Origin: Planctomycetota bacterium
GTDB taxonomy: Bacteria > Planctomycetota > Planctomycetia > Planctomycetales > Planctomycetaceae
DNA length: 64,000 nucleotides
Assembly: GCA_963579025.1 (NCBI GenBank)
Contig: CAUZFZ010000022.1
Span: forward strand, 15,459-79,458
Direction of reading: 5' to 3'
In this document: positions 34,267 to 44,039 of the stretch, piece by piece
Layout: each line of letters opens with the position of its first letter
Numbering within the stretch: the first letter of the stretch is position 1
Notes under the pieces: model-generated
What the model saw: the letters and a program-made list of their open reading frames with translations, nothing else
What the model was told of the DNA's origin: nothing
Databases searched by the model: none
Made by a program: the position numbers and the translations under genes

Positions 34267-37071
34267 ATGCGAGTCTGCAGCCTGACGATTCTCTGCCTGA
34301 TTCATTCCGCGTTTGCCAGCGGGGCGGACGGGGATGTCGACTACGTCCGCGACATCAAGCCGATCTTCAGTCAGCATTGCTTCAGTTGTCACGGCGCACT
34401 GAAGCAGGAATCCGGGTTGCGTCTGGATACCGGCCGCCTCATTCGCAAAGGAGGCGACAGCGGCGCCGCAGTCGTTGTTGCGAAACCGCATGAGAGTTCT
34501 CTCGTCACGCGCATCACCGAGACCGATGCATCGCTGCGGATGCCACCGGAAGGCGAGCCGTTGTTGCCGGCTCAGGTCACGCTGATCCGTAAATGGATCG
34601 CGGCCGGGGCAAAGTCTCCCGGCGATGAGCAGTCCGAGCCTGACCCGCGGGAACACTGGGCGTTCCGGAAGCCCGTTCGCCATAAAGCACCAGTCGTCAA
34701 GGCGACCTCCTGGGTTCGCAATCCGATCGACGCTTTCATCCTGGCCCAGCACGAGCAGCGTGGGCTGACGCCGCTGCAGCCGGCAAGTTCGGAAATCCTG
34801 TTGCGTCGCGTTTACCTCGACCTGATCGGTCTGCCACCAACACGCGACGAACTGCACGCGTTCCTGAGTGACGACTCGCCGGAAGCGTATGAGCGCGTCG
34901 TCGATCGTCTGCTCGGCAGTAAACACTATGGGGAGCGCTGGGGGCGGCATTGGATGGACGTGTGGCGCTACAGCGACTGGTATGGACGTCGGCAGGTCAA
35001 CGATGTGCGCAACAGCTATCCGCACATCTGGCGGTGGCGCGACTGGATCATCGACTCGCTCAACAATGACAAGGGCTACAACCAGATGGTCCGTGAGATG
35101 CTCGCGGCCGATGAACTGTATCCCGAAGACGACTCCCGCATGCCGGCGCTCGGGTTCATTGTTCGCAACTGGTTCTCCCTGAACTACGACACGTGGAAGC
35201 AGGACCTCGTCGAGCACACAGGCAAAGCGTTCCTCGGACTGCGGCTGAATTGTGCTCACTGCCACGACCATAAGTACGATCCGATCTCTCAGCAGGAGTA
35301 CTTCCAGTTTCGTGCGTTTTTCGAGCCTCTCGAGTTCCGGCATGATCGCGTTCCCGGCGGCCCGGCGCTGTCGAAGTACATCCGCTACACGCCGAGTTCC
35401 GGTGGATCACTCAAACCAATCGAGGCGGGCCTGCCTCGTGTCTACGATCACTTCTTCGATGACAAGACGCACATGTACCGGCTCGGCGATACGCGTGACC
35501 GGTTCGATCGCCCGCCCGTTGAACCGGCGGCTCTGGCGATCCTTGGCGGAGACAAGCTACCCATCGAGCCGGTCGCACTGCCCGTTGTCGCGTCGTATCC
35601 CGGGTTGAAACCGTTCATTCAGAAAGCGGAAATCGAACAGCGCGAACAGGCAGTTCAGGCAGCACAAAAGTCGATTGCCGAGGCCGAGGCCAAACTTGAA
35701 GCCCTCACCAAACAATCGGACGCGGGCGAAAAGGAACTTGCGGCAACCAGACAACTGGCCGAAACAACGCTCAACGGAGCAAAGGCGGAACTCGAATCTG
35801 CGACGGTCGGACTGAAGGCGGTGAAAGCACGTATCGCGGCTGATCAGGCTCGATACGGTGATTCCGCCGCGCCCACCGATGAACTGGCCAGGACGGCGGC
35901 CGGACTGGAACGCGACACCAGACTGGCAGCCGGCCGAGGAAAACTGGCGAAGGCGGAACTCTCGTTGCTGAAATCCCGCGCGGCTGAAAAACCGGATGCC
36001 AAGGCGATCAAGCAGGCTGAGTCCGCTGTTGTTACGGCTCGTAAAACGCTCGCCGCGCTGGAGAAACAGACCGGCGACCCAGGCGCGAAATACACGCCGT
36101 TCGGGCCGACATACCCGAACAAAAGCACTGGTCGACGTCGCGCGCTGGCCAACTGGATCGCCGATCCGAACAACCCGCTGACAGCTCGCGTCGCTGTCAA
36201 TCACATCTGGATGCGGCATTTTGGCAGGCCATTGGTCGAAAGCGTGTTCGACTTCGGGCGAGGCGGCAAAAAACCGACGCATCCGGAATTGCTCGACTGG
36301 CTTGCCGTCGAGCTGATGGAGCCATCTATTGACGTCGAGAAATCGCACGACTCGGAGAAGGGGAGCGTCTCAGTCCCGAGCCAGTGGCGGATGAAGAATC
36401 TTCATCGGTTGATCGTCACAAGTGCGACGTATCGCCTCAGCTCGCGGGCTGGCCGAGACGGACATCCGAACGCGGCGATCGATTCTGATAACACGCTCTG
36501 GTGGCGATTCGACAGGCGGCGACTCGAGGCCGAGACCATCCGCGACAGCATGCTGCACGTGTCGGGCCAGCTCGACGCAACACTCGGCGGACCGGACATC
36601 GACCCAAAGCAGCAGGCCACAAATTCCCGTCGCAGCCTGTACTTCACGGTGTATCCGGAGGCTGGCGGCATGATGCGGTTCATGACGCTGTTCGACGCGC
36701 CTGACCCGTGCGACTGTTATCGACGCACGCAGAGCATTGTGCCGCAGCAGGCCCTCGCCATGTCGAACAGCACCCTGGCTCTGGAAGCTGCGAAAAAGCT
36801 GGCCGATCAGTTTTCGAACCTTGTCGCTGGAGACGAAAAAGAGAACGACGACTCATCGAGCCCCACGTCCGGCGGCGCGTTCATTTCGGCAGCGTTCGAA
36901 CGTGTGCTGTCGCGATCACCCACAGCCGAGGAGATATCGACGTGTCGTGTCTTCCTGGCTCGTCAGAAGACTCTGTATGCCTCGGCTTCCGTCGCCGATC
37001 CCGATTCGCGATCACGGGTGAGTCTTCTGCGTGTTCTGCTCAATCACAATGACTTTGTGACGATCCACTGA
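34267..37071 (+). CDS. PSCyt1 / DUF1549 / DUF1553 protein
   Basis: Signal peptide. HCFSCHGALKQESGLRLDT (PSCyt1 CxxCH). DUF1549 (HYGERWGRHWMDVWRYSD). DUF1553 (LNCAHCHDHKYDPISQQEYF). A coiled-coil insert is also present. Confidence 0.9.
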   Translation: MRVCSLTILCLIHSAFASGADGDVDYVRDIKPIFSQHCFSCHGALKQESGLRLDTGRLIRKGGDSGAAVVVAKPHESSLVTRITETDASLRMPPEGEPLLPAQVTLIRKWIAAGAKSPGDEQSEPDPREHWAFRKPVRHKAPVVKATSWVRNPIDAFILAQHEQRGLTPLQPASSEILLRRVYLDLIGLPPTRDELHAFLSDDSPEAYERVVDRLLGSKHYGERWGRHWMDVWRYSDWYGRRQVNDVRNSYPHIWRWRDWIIDSLNNDKGYNQMVREMLAADELYPEDDSRMPALGFIVRNWFSLNYDTWKQDLVEHTGKAFLGLRLNCAHCHDHKYDPISQQEYFQFRAFFEPLEFRHDRVPGGPALSKYIRYTPSSGGSLKPIEAGLPRVYDHFFDDKTHMYRLGDTRDRFDRPPVEPAALAILGGDKLPIEPVALPVVASYPGLKPFIQKAEIEQREQAVQAAQKSIAEAEAKLEALTKQSDAGEKELAATRQLAETTLNGAKAELESATVGLKAVKARIAADQARYGDSAAPTDELARTAAGLERDTRLAAGRGKLAKAELSLLKSRAAEKPDAKAIKQAESAVVTARKTLAALEKQTGDPGAKYTPFGPTYPNKSTGRRRALANWIADPNNPLTARVAVNHIWMRHFGRPLVESVFDFGRGGKKPTHPELLDWLAVELMEPSIDVEKSHDSEKGSVSVPSQWRMKNLHRLIVTSATYRLSSRAGRDGHPNAAIDSDNTLWWRFDRRRLEAETIRDSMLHVSGQLDATLGGPDIDPKQQATNSRRSLYFTVYPEAGGMMRFMTLFDAPDPCDCYRRTQSIVPQQALAMSNSTLALEAAKKLADQFSNLVAGDEKENDDSSSPTSGGAFISAAFERVLSRSPTAEEISTCRVFLARQKTLYASASVADPDSRSRVSLLRVLLNHNDFVTIH

Positions 37072-37120
37072 GATCGGCCCGATCTTGACCGGGCCGCCTG
37101 CAACGTCCACGCAGCCTGAG

Positions 37121-37351
37121 TTAGAGAATCGGTTCTGACTCGTCGTTCTTCAGAAACGGATTCTGTCCACAGTGCGGATCGTCGAGCGGTGACGGCAGTC
37201 CATGAATTGGCGGCCGGTTCTGAGGATCAACCAGACGGCGGGCCGAATCGATTGATTCGGGCGTCAGGCCGGCTCCAAAAATGCTCTTCAACTCATCTGT
37301 GTCGAGCTGCTTTTCGAGTGGCAAGTCATCAATACGTATTCGGCTCATCAT
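37121..37351 (-). CDS. Small hypothetical protein (76 aa) downstream of an ECF sigma factor. Possibly an anti-sigma factor or a leader-peptide-like product.
   Basis: MMSRIRIDDLPLEKQLDTDELKSIFGAGLTPESIDSARRLVDPQNRPPIHGLPSPLDDPHCGQNPFLKNDESEPIL. Same strand as the sigma factor, 190 nt downstream. No TM. Weak coding evidence. Confidence 0.3.
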   Translation of the reverse strand: MMSRIRIDDLPLEKQLDTDELKSIFGAGLTPESIDSARRLVDPQNRPPIHGLPSPLDDPHCGQNPFLKNDESEPIL

Positions 37352-37540
37352 CTGACTCCGAGGTCGGCCGGTCTGGCCGTGTCAGGATTTTCAAGCCCGT
37401 TGGCCCGATAGTTGGCCAGCGCGGTGGTCATTCGCGCTGGCGAGGATCGCGATTAAGCGGGATCGTATTCCTGTCGTTGCGCGAAAAATACCAGGAAAAT
37501 GGATCTGCCGTGGCGGGTGCCCGTCACGATCGTGGATATG

Positions 37541-38149
37541 TCACGCTTCGTGCATGTCCTTGCCCAGATACACGGCAGCCAGTGCCTTCAACTTTTTCAT
37601 TGTGCGGTGATGTCGATACCGAATCTGATCGCAGGTCACCCCGACCGCCTCAGCCGATTCGGCCACACCGACGCCTTCCAGTGATCGCAGTCGGAAAATC
37701 TCGAAGTTCAGCTCCGATACTTCGGCCTGTAGCTTGAGCACCATGGTCTGCATCACGGCATCGGTCCACGCCTGCTCAGAACGAGCCGACGGATCGCCCT
37801 CACGACCAGGTGGCTCGAAGCCCTGTTGCAGCGATTCTCCGAGTAACGCCGCCGGCTGACGCGCGCGACGGCGAAACATGTCCGTCGCTCGACTGCGAAC
37901 AAGTGTGTACAGCCACGAACGTAATCCCGCTTCGCTGGTAATTTCGAATCCGGCCAGACGTCGTCCAATTTCGAACCAGACGTCCTGAACACAGTCGTCG
38001 ACATCGGCCCCGCGCATCCCCCGCGCGATCGCGAAGCGGCGGATCAGGACATCGTAAACGCGATAGAAGTCGTCCCATGCCGCGACAAGCATCGCGTCGG
38101 GCAGTTTGTCAGAGATGCACGCGCGGAGGTATTCCTGCGTATTCTCCAT
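37541..38149 (-). CDS. ECF-type sigma-70 family RNA polymerase sigma factor
   Basis: Track ORF 37541..38302. The probable start is Met52 (MENTQEYLRACI...). Region 2 is DCVQDVWFEIGRR. Region 4 HTH is EIFRLRSLEGVGVAESAEAVGVTCDQIRYRHHRTMKKLK. Confidence 0.8.
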   Translation of the reverse strand: MENTQEYLRACISDKLPDAMLVAAWDDFYRVYDVLIRRFAIARGMRGADVDDCVQDVWFEIGRRLAGFEITSEAGLRSWLYTLVRSRATDMFRRRARQPAALLGESLQQGFEPPGREGDPSARSEQAWTDAVMQTMVLKLQAEVSELNFEIFRLRSLEGVGVAESAEAVGVTCDQIRYRHHRTMKKLKALAAVYLGKDMHEA

Positions 38150-38411
38150 CAATTCGCGATGCGGGTCGTCCTGTGGCTGCGAGGTCAACGGGTTGGTCCT
38201 GAATTTCGGTGAATCACGAGTTGCGTGCAGGGACTCAACAATAGTCAATCGGTTGGACTTCGTGCAGGCTGGCTGGCGGGTGGCACGATCATCGATCACC
38301 AAATAACCGCGACTGCCGCGAAACGGCAGTCGCCTCTATGCTAATTGTGCAAATACGTTTCATCGATGGACCGTCGCGGACGATGGCGTTGGAACTCTGC
38401 TGTGGGAGCAA

Positions 38412-39953
38412 TTGATGGCTGCGGAAACAGACTCGACCCCGTCCGCGAGCGGTAATCACTCGGTGCTGATTTTTGGAGCGTCTGGTGATTTGACCGCCCG
38501 GAAGCTGATGCCGGCGCTGTACATGCTGTGGCATGAGGGGCTGCTGGCCGATTCCGTGCCCATCGTTGGAGTCGCCCGGCGGGAGAAGACCGACGAGTCA
38601 TTTCGGGCTGAGATGCATGAGGCCGTTTCGCGGCATGGACGTACGGGAGAGGTCAGTGACGATCAGTGGTCGCAGTTCGCTCGGCGACTGTTTTATCAAC
38701 GGCTCGATCTGGATTCGCCGGCCGGCTATATCGACCTGAAGTCTCGATTGGAAAAACTGGAGTCGGAGTTTGCGACGTCCGACGAGCCATCGAATCGGGT
38801 GGTTTATCTTTCGACGGCTCCGTCGCTTTTCCTGGCCTCGGTCGAATGCCTGGCGGAATCCGGATTCGTGCCACCGCCGGAACAGTCACAGCGTTTGCGT
38901 GTCGTGTTCGAGAAGCCGTTTGGGCATGATCTCGCGTCGTCTCAGGAACTGACGGTGCGCCTCGGACGGCTATTGCAGGAATCGCAGATTTATCGCATTG
39001 ATCATTACCTGGGCAAAGAAACGGTACAGAACATCCTGCTGTTTCGCTTCGGAAACCTGATCTTCGAGCCATTGCTGAATCGCCATCATGTCGACCACGT
39101 GCAGATCACGGTGGCCGAATCTCAGGGCATCGAACGCGGGCGTGGCGGGTACTACGACCAGTCGGGAGCACTTCGCGATGTGCTTCAGAATCATGTGCTG
39201 CAATTGCTGTGTCTGGTCACCATGGAGCCGCCAGCATTGTTTCAGGGCGATCAGATCCGCGACGAGAAGATGAAGGTGCTGGAAGCGCTGCGCGCCGGCG
39301 ATCAGGGAGACGTCAAACGATGGGCGGTTGCCGGGCAGTACGCCGGTGGCATGATCGACGGCGAATCAGCGAACGGTTACCGCCAGGAGGACCGTGTGGC
39401 AGCCGACTCGCGGCGTGAGACATTCGTCGCGATGGAGGTCTTCGTCGACAACTGGCGATGGGCGGGAGTGCCGTTCTATCTGCGGACGGGAAAACGAATG
39501 CCACGTCGTGTGACGGAGATCGACATCCAGTTCAAACTCCCACCGCTGCATCCGTTCTCAACCGTCGAGTGCGACGACGACGTGTGCTCGCTCGTCGGAG
39601 CACGACCGAACTCGCTGGTGTTCCGGATACAGCCCGAGGAGTCGATTACGCTCAGTTGCTCCGTCAAGCAGCCCGGGCATCAGTACAACCTTGAGCAGCA
39701 GCGGCTGAAGTACGAATACGCGGGTGGTCTGGCTGAAGCGTACGAACGCCTGTTGCTGGATGTGATCCGCGGAGATTCGACTCTGTTCACTCGCAGCGAC
39801 GAACTGGAGGCTGCCTGGCGGTTCATTCAGCCAGTGATCGACGAATGGCAGAGTGGGAATCATCAGCCCGAGTTCTACCAGGTCGGCGAGTGGGGACCCC
39901 AGTCAGCTCATGAATTGTTGAGCCGATCTGGCCGACAGTGGCTCGAACCATAA
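38412..39953 (+). CDS. zwf: Glucose-6-phosphate 1-dehydrogenase
   Basis: NADP-binding LIFGASGDLTARKL, the G6PD signature RIDHYLGKE, and EKPFGHDL. Confidence 0.9.
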   Translation: MMAAETDSTPSASGNHSVLIFGASGDLTARKLMPALYMLWHEGLLADSVPIVGVARREKTDESFRAEMHEAVSRHGRTGEVSDDQWSQFARRLFYQRLDLDSPAGYIDLKSRLEKLESEFATSDEPSNRVVYLSTAPSLFLASVECLAESGFVPPPEQSQRLRVVFEKPFGHDLASSQELTVRLGRLLQESQIYRIDHYLGKETVQNILLFRFGNLIFEPLLNRHHVDHVQITVAESQGIERGRGGYYDQSGALRDVLQNHVLQLLCLVTMEPPALFQGDQIRDEKMKVLEALRAGDQGDVKRWAVAGQYAGGMIDGESANGYRQEDRVAADSRRETFVAMEVFVDNWRWAGVPFYLRTGKRMPRRVTEIDIQFKLPPLHPFSTVECDDDVCSLVGARPNSLVFRIQPEESITLSCSVKQPGHQYNLEQQRLKYEYAGGLAEAYERLLLDVIRGDSTLFTRSDELEAAWRFIQPVIDEWQSGNHQPEFYQVGEWGPQSAHELLSRSGRQWLEP

Positions 39954-40192
39954 TGTCGTTATCCCCGTACAGGCCCGTCATTTGGGTTAACCGTTACTGA
40001 ACTGACCTCCCAAATCGGCAGATCTCCTTGCGGCGGCTCCCTGATCGACGCATGTTAAAGTCACGCGTAGCGTCTGGCCTGTTATCCTGTTCCGTTCGTT
40101 CGTGGTAGCCGGACTTGTCCGGCCGGTGTTCTGGCAGGCGCTAATCCAACGACAGCCGTGCAGCAGCTCTTTCGACAAAACTGGAATCCGTC

Positions 40193-41563
40193 ATGGCTAA
40201 AGATCCTCCCGCCCGGTTGATGTCGCTCGACGCGTATCGCGGCTTCGTCATGCTGGCGATGGCGTCCAGCGGATTCGCTCTGTCGCGCGTGGCCAGCAAG
40301 CCGGAAGTACTTTCGCAACTGGAAGGAACTCAGTGGGCCGACTGGAGCGGTGCCTGGCAGGCGGCCTGGCACGCACTGGGCTATCAGTTCTCTCACGTCG
40401 CCTGGACCGGGTGTTCGTTCTGGGATCTGATTCAACCCAGCTTCATGTTCATGGTCGGAGTGTCGCTGCCCTTCTCCGTGGCAAGCCGCGAAGCCAAAGG
40501 ACACTCGGCGGCGCACGGGTTCCTGCACACGGTCTACCGTTCCATCGTGCTGATCGCGCTGGGAGTGTTTCTGGGCTGGGGATTCGAAGTCCGATTCAAC
40601 TTCGTCAATGTGCTGACTCAGATCGGACTGGGTTACACATTCCTGTATCTGCTGGCAGGCCGCAGTCTGAATACGCTGGCATTGACCGCGACGCTGGTCC
40701 TGGTCGGATACGGAGCCTGGTTCGCGCTGGAGCCGATCGACCAGGCCGACCTGGACCTGACGAAGCAGTACATCACCGAAGCCGAAGTCGGACCGCAACT
40801 GGACGAAGCCGAGTGCTCGCAGTTCCAGAACTGGGCGGCGCATTGGAACAAGCACACGAATGCTGCGGCTCAGCTTGACCGCCAGCAGATCATGAACCGA
40901 TTCCCCCGCCACGAAGAGCCGTGGAACGGACGCGGCTTCTGGATCAATGCGGGCGGTTACCAGACGCTGAACTTCATTCCCTCGCTGGCAACTATGATTT
41001 TTGGTTTGATGGCCGGGACCGTATTGAGCAGTGCCCGTGGCGACGGCGAACGGCTGAGCTGGCTGTTCAAAGCCGGGCTGGTCTGTTTTGTCATTTCGAT
41101 GGCGGCCGACTCGACCCTCTGGCCAACGCAGTGGCTCTCGCCAGACCTGCAGGCGAAGTTCTACGAATACTCATGGTCCCTTTGTCCGGCTGTGAAACGT
41201 ATCTGGTCTCCGACCTGGGCCGTATTCAGTTCGGGCTGGGCCTTCTGGATGCTCGCCGGTTTCTATTGGCTGGTTGACATTCGCGGCTGCCGCTGGCTGG
41301 TCTTCCCGCTGGCCGTCGTCGGCCTGAACTCGATCGCCATGTACTGCATGTCCCAACTGATCAAGGGTTGGATTGGTGGCAAACTGTACCAGGTCACGCG
41401 AGCGATCGAAGGCACAGCCGGCCTGGACACGGGCACGATCAGCGGCTGGCTGGACTACGGCACGTTCGCCTACGCGCCGATTCTGGACTTCACACTGCGG
41501 CTGTTCGCAATGTGGTGCGTCTGCTACTGGCTGTACCGCAAACGGCTGTTTATCCGCATCTGA
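40193..41563 (+). CDS. Polytopic membrane protein of the DUF5009 / heparan-alpha-glucosaminide N-acetyltransferase-like acyltransferase family
   Basis: N-terminal RLMSLDAYRGFVMLAMA is characteristic. About 10 predicted TM segments. Confidence 0.7.
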   Translation: MAKDPPARLMSLDAYRGFVMLAMASSGFALSRVASKPEVLSQLEGTQWADWSGAWQAAWHALGYQFSHVAWTGCSFWDLIQPSFMFMVGVSLPFSVASREAKGHSAAHGFLHTVYRSIVLIALGVFLGWGFEVRFNFVNVLTQIGLGYTFLYLLAGRSLNTLALTATLVLVGYGAWFALEPIDQADLDLTKQYITEAEVGPQLDEAECSQFQNWAAHWNKHTNAAAQLDRQQIMNRFPRHEEPWNGRGFWINAGGYQTLNFIPSLATMIFGLMAGTVLSSARGDGERLSWLFKAGLVCFVISMAADSTLWPTQWLSPDLQAKFYEYSWSLCPAVKRIWSPTWAVFSSGWAFWMLAGFYWLVDIRGCRWLVFPLAVVGLNSIAMYCMSQLIKGWIGGKLYQVTRAIEGTAGLDTGTISGWLDYGTFAYAPILDFTLRLFAMWCVCYWLYRKRLFIRI

Positions 41564-41616
41564 CACCGCAGACGAAACGCCGAACAGGGAATTCTCTGGG
41601 CCAGCACGCCGAGTGC

Positions 41617-43515
41617 TCAATCCTGACGGTCGACAGACACGGCCTCGGCGTACGCCAGCTCTCCTGTGCGGCCATCAAAATACTGGAAGATGACCTGCGG
41701 ATGTGGGTACTTGACCCAGCGTTTGCCGCCCAGTTTCTTTGGCATGTTGAAGACGTTGTTGACCTGGACAACGCAATAGTGTGGATAGGTACGTTCCAGA
41801 CGCGGCAGGTCGGGCAGGATGTAGCTGCTCCAGCGGATGTCGCACTCGCGTGGACCGAATGTGAACTTGCCAGTGGCCGGGCGATCGCTTTCGTCGAGCT
41901 TTGGGACGTGGTTCACGCTGTTGTGCGGGCCACAGCAGAATTCCCAGACATCGTCGGTCACCTTTATGGCAAAGCTGTTGTGCAGGTCTCCTGTCATCAC
42001 AAAGACCTTCTTGCCCAGCTTGTCCCATTCTCTGATGAGTAGTTCACGTTCGTCGAAGAACCCGGTCCAGGCTTCTTCTTTGTTGGCTGCAAATTCGAAG
42101 CCGCCGGCTCCGCTGTGCGGGATCATGAAGGGCACTGTCGAGATCACGAAGAAGAAGTCGGCGTCGCTGGCCTTCATCGAACGCAGAAGCCACTCGCGTT
42201 GTGGCTTGCCAATCATCGAGATGCCCGGCTTGTCACGCTCGCGGATGTCGTGCATGTCTCGATCCCCGCGCGTGTCCAGCAGGAAATACTCGCAGTTGGC
42301 AACTCGGAAACTGCCGTAGCTGCGGCGACCGATCGAATAACTCAGTGAGTCGTCGTCGACCTTCGCCGCCATGTGCAGTTGCAGCGTGTGTTTATTGACG
42401 ACTTTGACGATGTCGTAGACGTACGAGTTTTTGTTGCCCTCGTCATTGTCGTATTTCAGATCATTCACGCCGGCCTGTGGTGTGCCCCAGTGGACGTGCA
42501 GGTTGAGCATTTCTTTCAGCGGCAGCTTCGTGAAGTCGGTGTCTGGATCGACGAGCAGATCACTGCCCGCTTTCATGCTGGCTCGTCCAAAGTGAACCGG
42601 GTGGTCGTGCTCCATGGGGTTCGCCCATCCCAGGTAGTCGTACCAGGCGTGCGTGCCGATGTCGCGGAAGACCGTGCGGCGATGCCGTTTGCCGGCCTCA
42701 GACGAGCCCCAGATGTCGTTCACCAGTTCGTGGTCGTCGAAGGTGAAATAGCTGGGCACGTTGCGGTGCCACTTTGAAAGCTCGACGCCGCGGCTGAGAT
42801 ACAGCTTGTAGTTTTCCCACACGCCAACGACGGTCGGCATAACTTTGACGGACAGCGGGTAATCTTTGACGCCCTGAGTCAGACGCCAGGCTTCCGGCGG
42901 ATACTCGCGCAACTCCTCATAGAGCCAATCGCCATTCATCACGTGAAAATGGACTTTCTCGGCCCAGTCGCGGTTGAGGTTTTCGTACACCGGCGTGCGG
43001 TGGCCGATTCCATGCAACGGATTCTGATTGGCGCACGAACCGATCTCAAAACGGAAATTGAACAGGCCGTCGGGGTTGTATTCTTTGTTCCGCGTGTCAT
43101 CGGCACTTGGCAGTGTTCGAAAGCTGCCCGGCAGACCATGAGGTCGGCCGTTGACCCACACCTGATAGTGATAGCGCGAGTCCGATTTCAGATCCTTCAG
43201 ATGCACGACGCCGGTGTTGTCGTGATCGAGTGACGTGGTTCCCGGATCGCTTTCCTGGTCCAGTCGCTTCGCGTCCAGTCCGTACTGAACGGTGAATTCA
43301 CCGGGATCGGACGTCCGGCCCCAGACAACCATGGAATGGGCCGTCGGCTTGCCCAGCATGGGACCATGTGTCAAACGAATCGGATTCCGGTCGGCCTGGA
43401 CAACGGTTGCCAGCGACACCGAAGCCAACACCAGCATGAGTACTCGTGCGAGCGTGAGTCGCGCGCCGCGCGGATCGAGTGGTTTCGTCATGGTCTGTAA
43501 CTCCTGATCGTGCAT
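41617..43515 (-). CDS. PhoD-like alkaline phosphatase / metallophosphoesterase
   Basis: Signal peptide with an Arg-containing n-region (RGARLTLARVLMLVLASVSLA). Then the PhoD N-domain and a calcineurin-like metallophosphatase core (GDLHNSFA, FLLDTRGDRD). Confidence 0.8.
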   Translation of the reverse strand: MHDQELQTMTKPLDPRGARLTLARVLMLVLASVSLATVVQADRNPIRLTHGPMLGKPTAHSMVVWGRTSDPGEFTVQYGLDAKRLDQESDPGTTSLDHDNTGVVHLKDLKSDSRYHYQVWVNGRPHGLPGSFRTLPSADDTRNKEYNPDGLFNFRFEIGSCANQNPLHGIGHRTPVYENLNRDWAEKVHFHVMNGDWLYEELREYPPEAWRLTQGVKDYPLSVKVMPTVVGVWENYKLYLSRGVELSKWHRNVPSYFTFDDHELVNDIWGSSEAGKRHRRTVFRDIGTHAWYDYLGWANPMEHDHPVHFGRASMKAGSDLLVDPDTDFTKLPLKEMLNLHVHWGTPQAGVNDLKYDNDEGNKNSYVYDIVKVVNKHTLQLHMAAKVDDDSLSYSIGRRSYGSFRVANCEYFLLDTRGDRDMHDIRERDKPGISMIGKPQREWLLRSMKASDADFFFVISTVPFMIPHSGAGGFEFAANKEEAWTGFFDERELLIREWDKLGKKVFVMTGDLHNSFAIKVTDDVWEFCCGPHNSVNHVPKLDESDRPATGKFTFGPRECDIRWSSYILPDLPRLERTYPHYCVVQVNNVFNMPKKLGGKRWVKYPHPQVIFQYFDGRTGELAYAEAVSVDRQD

Positions 43516-43529
43516 CCTTCGCGTCCTCT

Positions 43530-43567
43530 GCGATCTTCTGTTTACGATGTCTGAAACAGAAGATCGC
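43530..43567. promoter_or_regulatory. Perfect 14-bp-stem palindrome (GCGATCTTCTGTTT-N10-AAACAGAAGATCGC). Candidate operator or hairpin.
   Basis: Lies 15 nt upstream of the PhoD-like ATG (43515) and ~120 nt downstream of the histone-like gene stop. No U-tract follows on the minus strand, so it is not a canonical intrinsic terminator. Confidence 0.4.
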
Positions 43568-43689
43568 GAAGAACGCGAAGGGTTGGATGTCCTGGTTGGT
43601 GTCGCGATTCGGTTTCCGGAACAAAAAGAAGCCCGGCTTCCTTGAGAAACCGGGCTTTAATCTGGATGCGTTCCGCGGCCGCTCAGCCG

Positions 43690-43917
43690 CTACTTCTTTT
43701 TCTTCGCCGCTTTTTTCTTTGTGGCTTTCTTCTTCGCTACGGGCTTGGCGGCGGATTTTTTCGTTGCGGCCTTCTTCTTTGCTGGCTTGGTGGCAGCCTT
43801 TTTCTTTGCCGCCTTCTTCTTCTTCGTCGTCGCACTTTTCTTCTTCTTGCCGAAAACCTGATCGTAGTTTTTCCAGAACTCCGGCGTCGTTCCGGTGCGG
43901 ACGATGGGACCACTCAT
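43690..43917 (-). CDS. Small lysine/alanine-rich histone H1-like (HC1/HC2-type) DNA-binding protein
   Basis: 75 aa. N-terminal MSGPIVRTGTTPEFWKNYDQVFG is followed by (KKKA/AAKK)n low-complexity repeats. The overlapping + strand ORF 43642..43992 is a shadow. Confidence 0.6.
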   Translation of the reverse strand: MSGPIVRTGTTPEFWKNYDQVFGKKKKSATTKKKKAAKKKAATKPAKKKAATKKSAAKPVAKKKATKKKAAKKKK

Positions 43918-44039
43918 TGCAGCGCTACTCCTCGTTCGTTGTCAGACACTCTGGCTCACAGCCAGTTAATTCTCGGGAACGGAGGGTTTTGACGACGGCT
44001 GTTGGCTTTGTCAAGCGGCGCCAACACGGACCAGCGATC

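Noticed and set aside
34237-35343. 368-aa minus-strand ORF
   Set aside because: Antisense shadow of the PSCyt1/DUF1549/DUF1553 gene. The same reasoning applies to 33218..33808, 35557..36348, 46015..47160, 46671..47390, 47615..48256, 60948..61631, 62136..62768, 22037..22732, 24800..25822, 20516..21124, 11511..12437, 13905..14555, 15134..15793, 16288..17097, 17729..18385, 41368..42042 and 43642..43992.
39954-40192. Hairpin GCCGGAC-TT-GTCCGGC (about 40103-40120) and possible ncRNA between zwf and the DUF5009 gene
   Set aside because: Only a short stem without a U-tract. There are no convincing conserved structure motifs (no tRNA or riboswitch signatures I could recognise by eye).
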